Assembly (NCBI GenBank): GCA_051252075.1
Contig: JBPOFU010000002.1
Span: forward strand, 497 to 64,496
Source of the DNA: Oceanococcus sp.
Lineage (GTDB): Bacteria; Pseudomonadota; Gammaproteobacteria; Nevskiales; Oceanococcaceae
Reading direction: 5' to 3'
Length of the DNA: 64,000 nt
The notes beneath the pieces are model-generated. The model had not been told where the DNA came from. It saw nothing but the letters and a program-made list of their open reading frames with translations, and ran no database searches. Shown here piece by piece: positions 10,788 through 21,376 of the stretch (within the stretch, counting starts at the first letter, position 1; each line of letters starts with the position of its first letter). The position numbers and the translations under genes are program-made.

Positions 10788-11935
10788 CGGCCCGACTCCG
10801 CGCGTCGTGCTTCCAGGGCGATGCGCAGCATCAGCCCCATCGCACTGCAACTCACAACCATAGAACTGCCGCCATAGCTCATGAACGGCAAAGTCAGGCC
10901 TTTAGTCGGTAGCGCGCCCATGTTGACGCCGATATTGAGCAAAGACTGCAACACCAGCCAGAAGCCAATGGCGTAGGCCAGATAGGCTCCGAAAAGCTGC
11001 CCCTGATCGTTGGCTGCACGGGCTATGCGAAAACTGGCGCGCATGATGGCCGCGAGCAAACCCAGCAACAACACAACACCGAAAAGCCCAAATTCTTCGG
11101 CAAAAATCGCAAAAATGAAATCAGTGTGGGTTTCAGGCAAATACAAGAGCTTTTGCACACTGTTGCCCAAGCCCACGCCAAACCACTCTCCGCGCCCAAT
11201 GGCGATCAAAGACTGGGTCAATTGAAAACCGCCGTCGAAGGCATGAGCCCAGGGATCGCGAAAAGTTAGCAGGCGCGCGACCCGATAAGGTGCCGCGACC
11301 ATCAAGGCCCCAAAAGCCGCGATCGCGAATGCACCGATCACAATCAAATCACGCAGACGAGCACCGGCCACAAATAGCAGCACTAGGCTCACCGTCACCA
11401 ACACCGCAGACGAACCAAAGTCCGGCTCTAGCAGCAATAGCAAAACCGCAGCGCCCAAAGGCAGCAAGGGCTTGGCCAAACCGGTCCAACTGCTACGCAG
11501 CTCTTCACCACGGCGTACAGCGTAAGCCGCCAGATACATAAACAGGGCAATGCGCGCTGGCTCTGAAGCTTGCAACTGCACAAACCCAAGATTGAGCCAA
11601 CGCCGCGCGCCGTTGACTTCATGACCTATGCCCGGAAACAACACAATGGCAAGCAGCAACAGAGCCATAGCCAGCAACAAAAAGCTGCTTCGCTCCCACA
11701 CGGCCAGCGGAATACTGGCCAAAACCGCCGCGCCCACGGTGCCGATGCAGATGAAGCTCAATTGCTTATACAAAAAGTGAAAACTGTCTCCGGTGTAACG
11801 ATCTGCAACCGCGACGGAAGATGACGCGACCATAACCAAACCCAGCGCCAACAGCAGCACCAACGGCAACAACAAGCCACGGTCCAAATCGATAGGATGA
11901 AAACCCAAAGGCCCAGGACTGAGTACTAGTTTCAC
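10784..11935 (-). CDS. ftsW: Peptidoglycan polymerase FtsW (SEDS)
   Basis: NGARRWL, QASE, EPDFG, LPETHTDFIFAI..EE.G, KGLTLPFMSYGGSS. Confidence 0.98.
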   Translation of the reverse strand: MKLVLSPGPLGFHPIDLDRGLLLPLVLLLALGLVMVASSSVAVADRYTGDSFHFLYKQLSFICIGTVGAAVLASIPLAVWERSSFLLLAMALLLLAIVLFPGIGHEVNGARRWLNLGFVQLQASEPARIALFMYLAAYAVRRGEELRSSWTGLAKPLLPLGAAVLLLLLEPDFGSSAVLVTVSLVLLFVAGARLRDLIVIGAFAIAAFGALMVAAPYRVARLLTFRDPWAHAFDGGFQLTQSLIAIGRGEWFGVGLGNSVQKLLYLPETHTDFIFAIFAEEFGLFGVVLLLGLLAAIMRASFRIARAANDQGQLFGAYLAYAIGFWLVLQSLLNIGVNMGALPTKGLTLPFMSYGGSSMVVSCSAMGLMLRIALEARRAESGR

Positions 11936-13251
11936 GCCAGCCCCCTAGCCAAAGCCGTGAAATGTTCACCGCGCTCTTGGTAACCGCTGAATTGATCAAA
12001 GCTGGCACAACCGGGCGACAACAAAACGCTGTCACCGGCACAGGCCAATTCATCGGCTTGCGCTACAGCGATTTCCAGCGCAGACACTTCACGCAGCTCA
12101 ACATCTTTGTTCAAAGCCGATAAATCAGCAGCAATCAGTGCCGCGTCTTCACCGAACAACAAAACCGCACGGCCCTTTTCATTCAATGGCTGGCACCAAG
12201 GCTTGAAATCGCCGCCCTTAGCTTGGCCACCGGCGAGCAATATCACTTTGGGCTCTAAACCTTCCAATGCAGCCAAGGTGGCGCCGACGTTGGTGCCTTT
12301 GGAGTCATTGATCCAACGTACATCACGATGCTCGGCAACCCACTCGCAACGATGCGGCAAGCCGGGGAATTCGATTGCAGCTGCCACCATCGCATCGCGC
12401 GGTAGACCTGCAGCCATGCCAAGCGCGAAGGCAGCCAAAACATTGGCGTAGTTGTGACGACCTACCAATTTCAACTGGTCGACATTCAGCCAGGCATCAC
12501 CGGCAACTCGCAAACACCCGTTGTTCAGTTCGAAATCACCGCTCTGGCACACGGAAAATCCGTTCTGCGGCAAACCGTCAGGTGCCAAAGCTGCAGCAAC
12601 CGAGTCATCCAAGCTCACAATGGCGTGTGCTGCGTGAGCAAATATGCGCGCCTTGGCCTCACCATATTGCTGCACGCTGGGATGCCGATCCATGTGGTCG
12701 ACGCTCAAATTCAAGACACTGGCGGCAACGCATTGCAGCGATTCGGTCAGCTCTAGCTGGAAGCTGGATAACTCCAGCACTATCAGTTGATGCCCTTGAT
12801 TGAGCAGATCCAGAGCCGGCGTCCCAATGTTGCCGCCCAAGCCAACGCGCAATCCAGCTTTCTGCGCCATCGCAGCCAATAGGCTGACGACCGTGCTTTT
12901 ACCATTGGAACCGGTCACCGCAATTACCGGCACCCGATTAGCCAGGGCAAAAACTTCAATATCACCCAACAAAGCAAGGTTACGACGGCGCGCTTCAACA
13001 AATAGCGGGAGATTTAAATCCAAGCCCGGCGAAACTGCGAGACAATCAATCGTGTCCAGACAATCCAGCGACAAACCCCCAAACTGCAATTGAATCTCTG
13101 GGTATTCTTGGCGCAGCTGATCGGCATACGGTGGCTGCGTCCGGCTATCGCAAACACTCAAGCGCGCACCTTGTTGCGCCAGGTAACGCACCAGCGACCA
13201 TCCGGTTAGCCCCAAGCCAACAATTAGCACATGTTGATTGGCCCAATTCAT
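11932..13251 (-). CDS. murD: UDP-MurNAc-L-Ala--D-glutamate ligase
   Basis: GLGLTG, AVSPG, TGSNGKSTV, ELSSFQL, DHMDRH, NDSKGTN, LSPGCASFDQF. Start at ATG 13251. Confidence 0.98.
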   Translation of the reverse strand: MNWANQHVLIVGLGLTGWSLVRYLAQQGARLSVCDSRTQPPYADQLRQEYPEIQLQFGGLSLDCLDTIDCLAVSPGLDLNLPLFVEARRRNLALLGDIEVFALANRVPVIAVTGSNGKSTVVSLLAAMAQKAGLRVGLGGNIGTPALDLLNQGHQLIVLELSSFQLELTESLQCVAASVLNLSVDHMDRHPSVQQYGEAKARIFAHAAHAIVSLDDSVAAALAPDGLPQNGFSVCQSGDFELNNGCLRVAGDAWLNVDQLKLVGRHNYANVLAAFALGMAAGLPRDAMVAAAIEFPGLPHRCEWVAEHRDVRWINDSKGTNVGATLAALEGLEPKVILLAGGQAKGGDFKPWCQPLNEKGRAVLLFGEDAALIAADLSALNKDVELREVSALEIAVAQADELACAGDSVLLSPGCASFDQFSGYQERGEHFTALARGLA

Positions 13252-14333
13252 CAACGCACCTTCAGGGTCGCAAGACCCACCAGCACAAGAATCAAGGTAA
13301 TGATCCAAAAGCGCACTATGATTTTGGGCTCAGGCCAGCCCTTCAACTCGTAATGATGATGCAAAGGCGCCATGCGAAAAATGCGTCGCCCTGTGAGCTT
13401 GAAAGAACCCACCTGCAAAATCACCGAAACGGTTTCTGCGACGAAAATGCCGCCCATAATGAAAAGGACTAGCTCTTGGCGCACGATCAAGGCGACCACA
13501 CCCAAGGCCGCACCCAACGCCAAGGCCCCAACATCGCCCATGAACATCTGTGCGGGATAGGTGTTAAACCACAGAAAGCCAAGTCCCGCACCGCATATGG
13601 CGGTACAGAAAATCACCACCTCGCCAACGCCGGCGATGTAGGCAATGCCAAGATAATCAGCAAACTTCACATGGCCGGTAACATAGGCAAAAACCGCTAA
13701 CGCCGCTGCCACCATGACGCACGGCATGATGGCCAAGCCATCCAAACCGTCCGTAAGATTGACCGCGTTGCTGGTGCCGACAACGACGAGATAACCCCAA
13801 ATCCAGAAAAAACCGCCCAAAGGAATAACCAGATCCTTGAACAGCGGGAAGTACAGATTGGTATTGGCAGGCGAATCAGCAAAGAACCACAGCAAGCCAG
13901 CGGTAGCAAAACCTGCCAAGGATTGCCAACCGTATTTTTGCCGCGCGGACAAACCATGGTGGTTTTGATATTTCAGCTTGAGGTAGTCATCGAAAAACCC
14001 GATGGCCGCAAAAGCCAAAGTACATGCTAGCGCCACCCACACAAAGCGATTACTCAAATCTGCCCATAGCAATGTGGCCACGCCCACGGCCGCAATAATC
14101 AAAGCACCGCCCATAGTCGGGGTACCGGCTTTGGATAGATGCCCTTGTGGCCCATCCTCACGAATCGGCTGACCAATTTGCTTACGCACCAAATATTGAA
14201 TCAGCACAGGGCCCAAAAACAGGCTAAAGGCCAGTGCGGTCAACACGCCCATGATGGCGCGTAGAGTCAAATACTGAAACGCATTCAGCGGTGAAAAGAC
14301 TGGCGTTAGCCATTCAGCCAAGTGATACAACAT
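13251..14333 (-). CDS. mraY: Phospho-MurNAc-pentapeptide transferase
   Basis: [46 protein letters not shown]. Confidence 0.99.
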   Translation of the reverse strand: MLYHLAEWLTPVFSPLNAFQYLTLRAIMGVLTALAFSLFLGPVLIQYLVRKQIGQPIREDGPQGHLSKAGTPTMGGALIIAAVGVATLLWADLSNRFVWVALACTLAFAAIGFFDDYLKLKYQNHHGLSARQKYGWQSLAGFATAGLLWFFADSPANTNLYFPLFKDLVIPLGGFFWIWGYLVVVGTSNAVNLTDGLDGLAIMPCVMVAAALAVFAYVTGHVKFADYLGIAYIAGVGEVVIFCTAICGAGLGFLWFNTYPAQMFMGDVGALALGAALGVVALIVRQELVLFIMGGIFVAETVSVILQVGSFKLTGRRIFRMAPLHHHYELKGWPEPKIIVRFWIITLILVLVGLATLKVR

Positions 14334-15685
14334 CAGTGCATCTCCTCAAGGTGGTGCACTACACGTTCCATCGCAGCACTGCGTGAACCTTTCACCAATA
14401 CAGTGCCGTGCTTGGGCAATTCTTCACGCAAGCTGCGCGCCAAAGCTTCAGCGTCATCAAACCGCCGGGCACTTACGCCAAACGCGAGCGCTGCATGCGC
14501 ACTGAGTTCGCCGCAGACCCACAATTCTTCTATGCCCTTTTCGGCTGCCAACTCGCCAATGCGTTGATGGGCTTGCGCTGCATCTGCACCCAATTCCGCC
14601 ATATCGCCGATCACCAAATAACGAGGCGCGGGATGCGCCGCTAGCACCTCGATGGCAACAGCCATGGACGCGGGATTGGCGTTGTAAGCATCGTTGATGA
14701 GTGCGACGCCGCTCGACAATGTCAGCGCTTGCAAGCGGCCACCCACAGGACGTACCTGCGCAAGGGCTTGGGCAATCGCAGGCAGATCAACACCCATCTG
14801 CAAACTCGCGGCCGCGGCGGCCAAAGCGTTCATCACGTTATGCCGCCCCGGTAACTGCAGATTGATCGCCAAGCGCTGATCGCCATACAGAAGGTCAAAT
14901 GACTGCTTAGTAGGGCCATTGCTTTCAGCAATAGCGCGAACACGCGCCCGCTCGCCACGACCAAACAACACGCTGCGAATCGCTGCATTCATCCCCAACC
15001 ACTGCTGTGCATAGTCATCATCTGCATTGATGATGGCCACGCCATTGGCTGGCAGGCCGGCAAACAACTCACCTTTGGCGCGCGCTACACCATCGCGTGA
15101 ACCAAAACCTTCCAAATGCGCATCGCCGGCGTTGTTGACCACACCGATGTCCGGCTGCGCGATAGCCACTAATTGGGCAATTTCCCCCATATGGTTTGCA
15201 CCCATTTCAATCACGGCGCGCTGATGCCGCGACCGCAGATTGAGCAAACACAGGGGCACACCAATGTGGTTATTGAGGTTACCCAGGGTGGCAAAAACAT
15301 CGAAACGCTGATTCAGAATTTCAGCCAGCATGGTTTTCACACTGGTCTTGCCATTGGAGCCGGTAATTCCAACCAGTAAGCCACCACTGAGCTGAGCCCA
15401 GAGACGGCGCCAATGGGTGGCGAGTTGTTGCATTGCCGCCAACACATCGGGCACGAGCAATTGCGGCAAAGCACAGTCGATGCGCCGACTGACCAGAGCC
15501 CCAGCAGCACCCAAAACCGCAGCCTTTCGAACAAACTCATGGCCGTCGACGTGCTCACCAGGCAAGGCCACGAACAGCTGCCCGGCCAACAACTGGCGGG
15601 TATCGATGCAGGCACCGCTCAACTCGGCGTCGGCACCGATCAGTTCAGCGTCTATCCATTCCACAGCCTGACTTAAGCGCTGCAT
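14333..15685 (-). CDS. murF: UDP-MurNAc-tripeptide--D-Ala-D-Ala ligase
   Basis: [42 protein letters not shown]. Confidence 0.98.
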   Translation of the reverse strand: MQRLSQAVEWIDAELIGADAELSGACIDTRQLLAGQLFVALPGEHVDGHEFVRKAAVLGAAGALVSRRIDCALPQLLVPDVLAAMQQLATHWRRLWAQLSGGLLVGITGSNGKTSVKTMLAEILNQRFDVFATLGNLNNHIGVPLCLLNLRSRHQRAVIEMGANHMGEIAQLVAIAQPDIGVVNNAGDAHLEGFGSRDGVARAKGELFAGLPANGVAIINADDDYAQQWLGMNAAIRSVLFGRGERARVRAIAESNGPTKQSFDLLYGDQRLAINLQLPGRHNVMNALAAAAASLQMGVDLPAIAQALAQVRPVGGRLQALTLSSGVALINDAYNANPASMAVAIEVLAAHPAPRYLVIGDMAELGADAAQAHQRIGELAAEKGIEELWVCGELSAHAALAFGVSARRFDDAEALARSLREELPKHGTVLVKGSRSAAMERVVHHLEEMH

Positions 15686-17172
15686 GCCAAGCCTCCATCG
15701 CCATGCAAGCGGCTGGCAACGTACTCGCGGTCGGAAAACGGACGACGCTCTAAACCAATTTGCTGGTAGTCCTCATGCCCTTTACCAGCGACAAGAACTA
15801 AATCCAGTGGGCCGGCCTGCTGCATGGCCTGGTCAATTGCCATACCGCGATCATGAATGACGGTGTATTCATACGCAGCAGGAATGCCCACCACCATATC
15901 GGCAACGATATCTTGCGGCGATTCTGTGCGTGGATTGTCATCGGTCAGAATCAAAACATCGGCCAGTTCAGCCGCTGCAGCTGCCATTTGCGGACGTTTA
16001 CCGCGGTCGCGGTCGCCGCCGCAACCAAACACGCAATAGATATCACCGTCAGCCTGACAATGCTCTTTCAAAGCAGACAACACTTGAGTCAAAGCCGCTG
16101 GGGTGTGAGCGTAGTCCACCACAACCAAAGGCTTGCCTGGCGCACGAAACGCTTCGATACGACCCGGTACTGTGGTCACGCCACACAGCGCATCGACCAC
16201 TTCAGCCAAATCCAAACCTGCAGCGCGCCAAGCTGCGGCAACAGCCAGCAGATTGTAAATATTAAAATGACCAATCAGCCCACAACGCAAAGGCCAGCGG
16301 CCTTGTGGACTTACCAAATCAAAAGACAAGCCTTGCGGACTCTTTTGTATGTTTTCAGCGAACAGCCAGTCCTTGCATTCAGGTCGCGCTGCAACTCCAT
16401 AGGCAATGACCGCGCGTGAGGCCGCCAATTCATCCACCCAAAGGCGGCCAAAGTCATCATCCGCATTAATGATCAACGCGCCCAAATCTGGCGTTTCCAA
16501 CAGACGGCGCTTTGCACGTGCGTAATTGCGCAAATCACCGTGATAATCTAGGTGATCGCGACTGAGGTTGGTGAACACAGCCACATCCAGCTCAACGCCG
16601 TTGATACGTCCCTGATCCAAAGCGTGCGACGACACTTCCATAGCCAAACTATCGGCACCGTCTTGTACTAACGCAGCTAGGCCGGCTTGCAGCGCGACCG
16701 GGTCTGGCGTGGTGTGAGTCGCAGTACGCAATTCATCCAGAAAGCCAACACCAACGGTACCGATCATGCCGCAGCGGCGACCTAATCGCTCTGCTGCCTG
16801 AGCAAACAAGTGCGCACAGGAGGTTTTTCCATCGGTGCCGGTAACGCCCATCACAAACAGATTGCGTGTGGGGTGAGCAAAAAAGCGCGCTGCGATCAAA
16901 CCAACACGACGAGACAAATTCGCCACCGCAAGAACGGGAAGTCCACAATCCGGCGCGGCGTAACCGTTACTTGGCTCCCACGCGATAGCGACAGCACCAC
17001 GCTGCAAAGCTTGCTGCAGATGCAGCAGACCATGAGATTCCGTGCCTCGACAGGCCAAGAACAAGTAACCCTCGGCAACCTCACGGCTGTCCATGGCGAT
17101 GCCGCGAACGACTGGATTCTCGCCACAAAGCGCAGCGTCGACTTCCAGCAGTTGGCTTAGACGAAAGCTCAT
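15673..17172 (-). CDS. murE: UDP-MurNAc-dipeptide--meso-DAP ligase
   Basis: GVTGTDGKTS, HTTPD, MEVSSH, DYAHTP, FGCGGDRD..KR, DNPR (meso-DAP specificity motif), AGKGHE. Confidence 0.98.
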   Translation of the reverse strand: MSFRLSQLLEVDAALCGENPVVRGIAMDSREVAEGYLFLACRGTESHGLLHLQQALQRGAVAIAWEPSNGYAAPDCGLPVLAVANLSRRVGLIAARFFAHPTRNLFVMGVTGTDGKTSCAHLFAQAAERLGRRCGMIGTVGVGFLDELRTATHTTPDPVALQAGLAALVQDGADSLAMEVSSHALDQGRINGVELDVAVFTNLSRDHLDYHGDLRNYARAKRRLLETPDLGALIINADDDFGRLWVDELAASRAVIAYGVAARPECKDWLFAENIQKSPQGLSFDLVSPQGRWPLRCGLIGHFNIYNLLAVAAAWRAAGLDLAEVVDALCGVTTVPGRIEAFRAPGKPLVVVDYAHTPAALTQVLSALKEHCQADGDIYCVFGCGGDRDRGKRPQMAAAAAELADVLILTDDNPRTESPQDIVADMVVGIPAAYEYTVIHDRGMAIDQAMQQAGPLDLVLVAGKGHEDYQQIGLERRPFSDREYVASRLHGDGGLACSA

Positions 17173-18917
17173 GTGTTGGTCTCGTCTGTGGCAGCCCGCG
17201 CGATGGAACGTTCGCTGTCCGCCGGAGCAATCTGTAACAAACGCGCCGCGGAACTGGCCACGCGGGAAAATACCGGCGCTGCCACGACACCACCGTAATA
17301 GGCACCTGCAGCTGGCTCATCAATCACCACCAACGACAACAAGCGCGGCTGCTCCGCTGGCAGCATGCCGACAAACAGGGCTTGATGCCGATTCTCAGCA
17401 TAACCGCCGTCTTCAGCTTTACGCACGGTGCCGGTTTTACCCGCCACACGATAACCAGGTACCGCGGCACGCGTGCCGGTGCCGCCAGCCTCCACAACGG
17501 CGGCCAGCATGGAACGCACTTGGCGCGCCACCGCTACACTCAAAATACGTTCTTCAGCATAGTCAGAACCACCCTTGAGCAAGGACAGTGGGCGACGCAA
17601 GCCATCTGCCGCCAGCACCATATAGGCCTGCGCCAATTGCAATGCCGTTACGCTCATGCCATAGCCATAGCTGGCGGTCGCCGTAGCAACATCACCCCAT
17701 TCATAAGGACTGGTGAGCTGCCCCGCCACTTCGCCTGGAAAGCCCGACGCGGTTGAGAACCCAAAACCAAAGGCGCGATACGCATCAAATAGGCGCTCAG
17801 GCCCAAGACGCATACCGATTTTCACCGCACCGACGTTGCTGGACTTGGCCAGCAAGGTGGTTAGGTCAATCGCGCCATAGCCGCGATGATCACGCACTTG
17901 CAAGCGCTTTACTTTCATCCAACCATTGCCGGTATCAATAATGTCGTCTAACTGAACAACACCGTTTTGCAAAGCCGCGGCCACCATCAAAGGCTTCACC
18001 GTGGAGCCCGGCTCAAACTGATCCAGCGCCGCCCGGTTACGCCAAGCTTTACGGCTCTTGTTCAGGCTGACCCGATCATTGGGATTAAATCCGGGCTGCG
18101 TTGCCAAGGCGAGGATTTCGCCGCTGCGCACATCGGCCACCAAAATCACGCCGCCTTTAGCCTTGTGAGCAGTTACTGCGGACTTCAACTCACCATAGGC
18201 AAAATGCTGCAGACGCAAGTCTATGGACAGATCGACATCTTCGCCCGGACGCGAGGCACGAAACTCATCCAGATCATCGACTACACGACCAATACGGTCT
18301 TGAATCACTAAACGCTGCCCAGGACTGCCTGACAAAACGCTATCGAAACCACGCTCAAGGCCTTCTTGGCCAACACCATCGATATTGCACAAACCCACCA
18401 GCTGGGCAGTGACTTCGCCGGCGGGGTAATAGCGGCGGTATTCGCGCTGACTAAAAACGCCCGGGGCCTGCAGCTCCAAAATCCGGCGCGCATCCATAGG
18501 CGGCAACTGACGCTGCAAGTAGTAGAACTGGCGACCACGGCGTTTTTCGAGCTCGCTTTGCAAGTGCCCAGAGGACATTTCCAACAAAGCCGCCAAAGGC
18601 TCTATGTATTCAGGCTCCGCCAGAAGTGCTGATGGCACAACCCAAATCGATTCGACCGGCGCACTCAGCGCCAAAGGCGTGCCATGACGATCACGCAGCG
18701 CACCCCGCCCACCGGGCTCAAGCAACGTCCGCACGTGGCGCCGTTCACCTTCAGCCATTAGAAAATCACGCTCACGCACCTGCAACTCAAAAGCACGCAG
18801 CAAGAGCGCTGCAAAGCCCAAGCCCATCAATACGAGCAGGACCTGCGCGCGCCAAGGCTGGACCCCCACTGGGGCCGCTTTGCGCTTATTCCTGGATTGA
18901 GGTTTGGACGATGACAT
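17169..18917 (-). CDS. ftsI: Penicillin-binding protein 3
   Basis: FEPGSTVK (SxxK), KSSNVG (SxN), VAGKTGT (KTG), PBP dimerisation region. Confidence 0.98.
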   Translation of the reverse strand: MSSSKPQSRNKRKAAPVGVQPWRAQVLLVLMGLGFAALLLRAFELQVRERDFLMAEGERRHVRTLLEPGGRGALRDRHGTPLALSAPVESIWVVPSALLAEPEYIEPLAALLEMSSGHLQSELEKRRGRQFYYLQRQLPPMDARRILELQAPGVFSQREYRRYYPAGEVTAQLVGLCNIDGVGQEGLERGFDSVLSGSPGQRLVIQDRIGRVVDDLDEFRASRPGEDVDLSIDLRLQHFAYGELKSAVTAHKAKGGVILVADVRSGEILALATQPGFNPNDRVSLNKSRKAWRNRAALDQFEPGSTVKPLMVAAALQNGVVQLDDIIDTGNGWMKVKRLQVRDHRGYGAIDLTTLLAKSSNVGAVKIGMRLGPERLFDAYRAFGFGFSTASGFPGEVAGQLTSPYEWGDVATATASYGYGMSVTALQLAQAYMVLAADGLRRPLSLLKGGSDYAEERILSVAVARQVRSMLAAVVEAGGTGTRAAVPGYRVAGKTGTVRKAEDGGYAENRHQALFVGMLPAEQPRLLSLVVIDEPAAGAYYGGVVAAPVFSRVASSAARLLQIAPADSERSIARAATDETNT

Positions 18918-19188
18918 AGTCTTCCGGAACCTTCATATTGAGTTGCTTTTCAGCCAACTCGCCCACGCGCGAATGCGCCCCCACGTAACCGCGCTCCAAG
19001 CGCAGCTGGTTGTACTCAACCTCCAAGCGCTCACGCTCAGCAGACATCTCTTGATATTCGGTTTGCAGCGCCCGGCTGTGCTGTTTCATACCCACCACCG
19101 CAATGGCGCTGAGCACCAAAACGGGCAACGCCAGATATTGCAGCGCTGGCCGCCAGAGCTGAGCAAGCATTTGCAAAGATTTGTTCAT
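18886..19188 (-). CDS. ftsL: Cell division protein FtsL
   Basis: Short TM plus leucine-zipper coiled coil (RLEVEYNQLRLE...RVGELA...LNM) between rsmH and ftsI. Start at ATG 19188. Confidence 0.88.
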   Translation of the reverse strand: MNKSLQMLAQLWRPALQYLALPVLVLSAIAVVGMKQHSRALQTEYQEMSAERERLEVEYNQLRLERGYVGAHSRVGELAEKQLNMKVPEDYVIVQTSIQE

Positions 19189-20099
19189 GCGCACTTCTCC
19201 GCCCAACGCAAAACTGCACTACGCGCCCTGGGGTTGCGCTGCGCCTCTAGGCCATCACACAACTGGCGTTTGACTTGACGCACGCGCGGCGCAGGCGCCG
19301 GGGAAATTGGATCTGGTGCAGAAGGCCGCGCCTCCGCACGCAAAAACTGCTTAACGATGCGGTCTTCCAAAGAATGAAAGCTAATCACTGACAAGCGACC
19401 ACCTGGGCGCAAGACTTCGAGCGCCTGCGGCAACGCCTGAGCCAAAACCTCCAACTCACGGTTCACCGCAATGCGTATCGCCTGAAAACTGCGGGTTGCT
19501 GGATGTATGCGCTTACCGCGACGACCACCCACAGCAGTCTCGATCAAGTCAGCCAACTGCAAGGTATTGAGTATCGGCGCTTCAGCGCGGGCTCGCTCGA
19601 TCGCACTCGCGATACGCCCAGGCATTGCCTCATCGCCATACTCACGCAGCACGCGGCGTATTTCCTCACGCGGGGTATGCGCTACCCAATCCGCCGCACT
19701 CATGCCCTGCAAAGGGTTCATCCGCATATCCAGCGGACCTTCTTTACTAAAACTAAAGCCGCGCTCTGCATCGTCCAACTGCGGGCTCGACACACCCAAA
19801 TCAAACAGCACGCCGTCAATTTGGCCGTTCAACCCACGCGCGCTGATGCACTCGGCCAAATCAGAAAAATTCGCCTCTTCAAGCAGCAGACGTGGCTCGT
19901 GCTGCATCCAGCCACGCGCGACAGCTTGAGCCTCAGGATCTTGATCAAACACGATGAGCCGGCCAGCCTCACCCAGACGATCCAAAATAGCCCGACTATG
20001 CCCACCGCGACCAAATGTGGCATCAATATAGACACCACCCTCTTTGACATTTAGCGCAGCGAGGGAAGCATCCAGTAGAACCGACTCATGGGAAGTCAT
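19185..20099 (-). CDS. rsmH: 16S rRNA C1402 N4-methyltransferase
   Basis: H.SVLL, DATFGRGGHS, DLGVSSPQLD, GPLDMRM, HPATRSFQAIRI, FHSLEDR, NPRARSA. Start at ATG 20099. Confidence 0.98.
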   Translation of the reverse strand: MTSHESVLLDASLAALNVKEGGVYIDATFGRGGHSRAILDRLGEAGRLIVFDQDPEAQAVARGWMQHEPRLLLEEANFSDLAECISARGLNGQIDGVLFDLGVSSPQLDDAERGFSFSKEGPLDMRMNPLQGMSAADWVAHTPREEIRRVLREYGDEAMPGRIASAIERARAEAPILNTLQLADLIETAVGGRRGKRIHPATRSFQAIRIAVNRELEVLAQALPQALEVLRPGGRLSVISFHSLEDRIVKQFLRAEARPSAPDPISPAPAPRVRQVKRQLCDGLEAQRNPRARSAVLRWAEKCA

Positions 20100-20115
20100 C
20101 AGGCGCGGACCGCGC

Positions 20116-20547
20116 TCAGATTCCGATACTGGCAAGGAATTCAGCATCAAGCTCAACCTCGTCCTGATATCGGCCCCAAGCCTGCGCATCCCAGAGCTCA
20201 AACTTCTCGCCCTGACCAACAAATACAGCAGACTTATCCAGACCCGCGCGTGCACGCAAATACGGCGTTAACTGAACCCGGCCCTGCTTGTCCATAAGGA
20301 CATCTTCGGCAGCACCCAGGAAATGCCGCTGCAGCTTTTTCGCTTGCGGCGTAAGAGAAGGCAAAGACATGAGCTTGGCGGCAAAGACTTCCCACTCAAA
20401 ATGGGGATAAACCAATAAACAGCTGTCCAAGCTCAAGGTCACGGTGAGACGACCACTACAGCTCTCCGTCAGCGACGCGCGATAGCGCGCAGGAACGGCA
20501 ACCCGTCCTTTGGCATCTATCGATAATTCTGTCGTTCCGCTGTACAT
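20116..20547 (-). CDS. mraZ: Transcriptional regulator MraZ
   Basis: IDAKGRVAVPARYR and MDKQGRVQL (two DxKGR AbrB-like repeats), FELWD. Start at ATG 20547. Confidence 0.97.
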   Translation of the reverse strand: MYSGTTELSIDAKGRVAVPARYRASLTESCSGRLTVTLSLDSCLLVYPHFEWEVFAAKLMSLPSLTPQAKKLQRHFLGAAEDVLMDKQGRVQLTPYLRARAGLDKSAVFVGQGEKFELWDAQAWGRYQDEVELDAEFLASIGI

Positions 20548-20570
20548 CGAAAAGCCCCTCGGGGGATCAC

Positions 20571-20594
20571 CCCACAACACTCCACTTCTCACCC
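20571..20594 (-). promoter_or_regulatory. MraZ-binding direct repeats
   Basis: Minus strand GGGTGAGAA-GTGGAGTGTT-GTGGGGTGAT: GTGG(G/A) pentamers at 10-bp spacing just downstream of the promoter, as known for MraZ operators. Confidence 0.7.
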
Positions 20595-20603
20595 TTGAAG
20601 TGA

Positions 20604-20632
20604 ACTATAGGCCTCGAACTTTAAGCTGTCAA
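20604..20632 (-). promoter_or_regulatory. Sigma70 promoter of the dcw operon
   Basis: Minus strand TTGACA-17 nt-TATAGT, near-consensus, 56 bp upstream of the mraZ start. Confidence 0.85.
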
Positions 20633-20820
20633 GGTAATTTTATAAGCAAAAACAGTGACTTACCTTGCTTTTTAGATAAATTTTCACAAGCCCAAACCAG
20701 CCTGTAAACAAGGACTTACAAACAACTCTTTGAGCCATTTCTGAAGGAAAAATGGCGATTTGTGTGAAAAAGTGGGGCATCGGGGATGAAATTCTCCCGA
20801 CAAACGGTAAAACGACTGCC

Positions 20821-21162
20821 TTAGCCGTAAACCGAGAGCAAAAGCCGTCGCAAGCCCAACAGGTCTGCGTGGCCTGGCCGTCGATAGCGAATGCAGCCCT
20901 TACCCAAACTGCAACGACCTAAGTCATTAGTATTGTTCTCAATCTGCGCTGCACTACAGACATAAACGCTGATGTGGTGCTTCTGCACCGCAAAAGCGAA
21001 CAAGCGCCCACCCACGTCATAGCTGGGCATTTTGTATTGCATTGTTTCAAGGGCTGTTGGCGCCACCTCAAAAATCAGCTCACGCAGCGCACACAAAAAA
21101 GCCTGCTGGTCGCCATCAAACGCAGCAATGTATTCATCGACGCTTTTTGACGCTGAATTCAT
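20821..21162 (-). CDS. DUF1801 / YdhG-like protein
   Basis: SVDEYIAAF...LRELIFEVAP...ETMQYKMPSY...FAFAVQKHHISVY...GKGCIRY pattern. Confidence 0.85.
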   Translation of the reverse strand: MNSASKSVDEYIAAFDGDQQAFLCALRELIFEVAPTALETMQYKMPSYDVGGRLFAFAVQKHHISVYVCSAAQIENNTNDLGRCSLGKGCIRYRRPGHADLLGLRRLLLSVYG

Positions 21163-21376
21163 ACCCTTTCCACAAACAACTATGCCCGCAATCTCAGAGC
21201 AAACGCGCACCACCCCAAGGACCGACGTGCTCTGCAATGATAGCCGCGTAAACTTGAAACGATGCCATTGGAAATTACCGTCTGATCCTGCATCAGTAAT
21301 TTAGACTTAAGCTAGGCTCCAACTAAACCCACTGGCGAAACGCCAAGTTTCCTCCGCACTGGACGAGAGCACCTGA

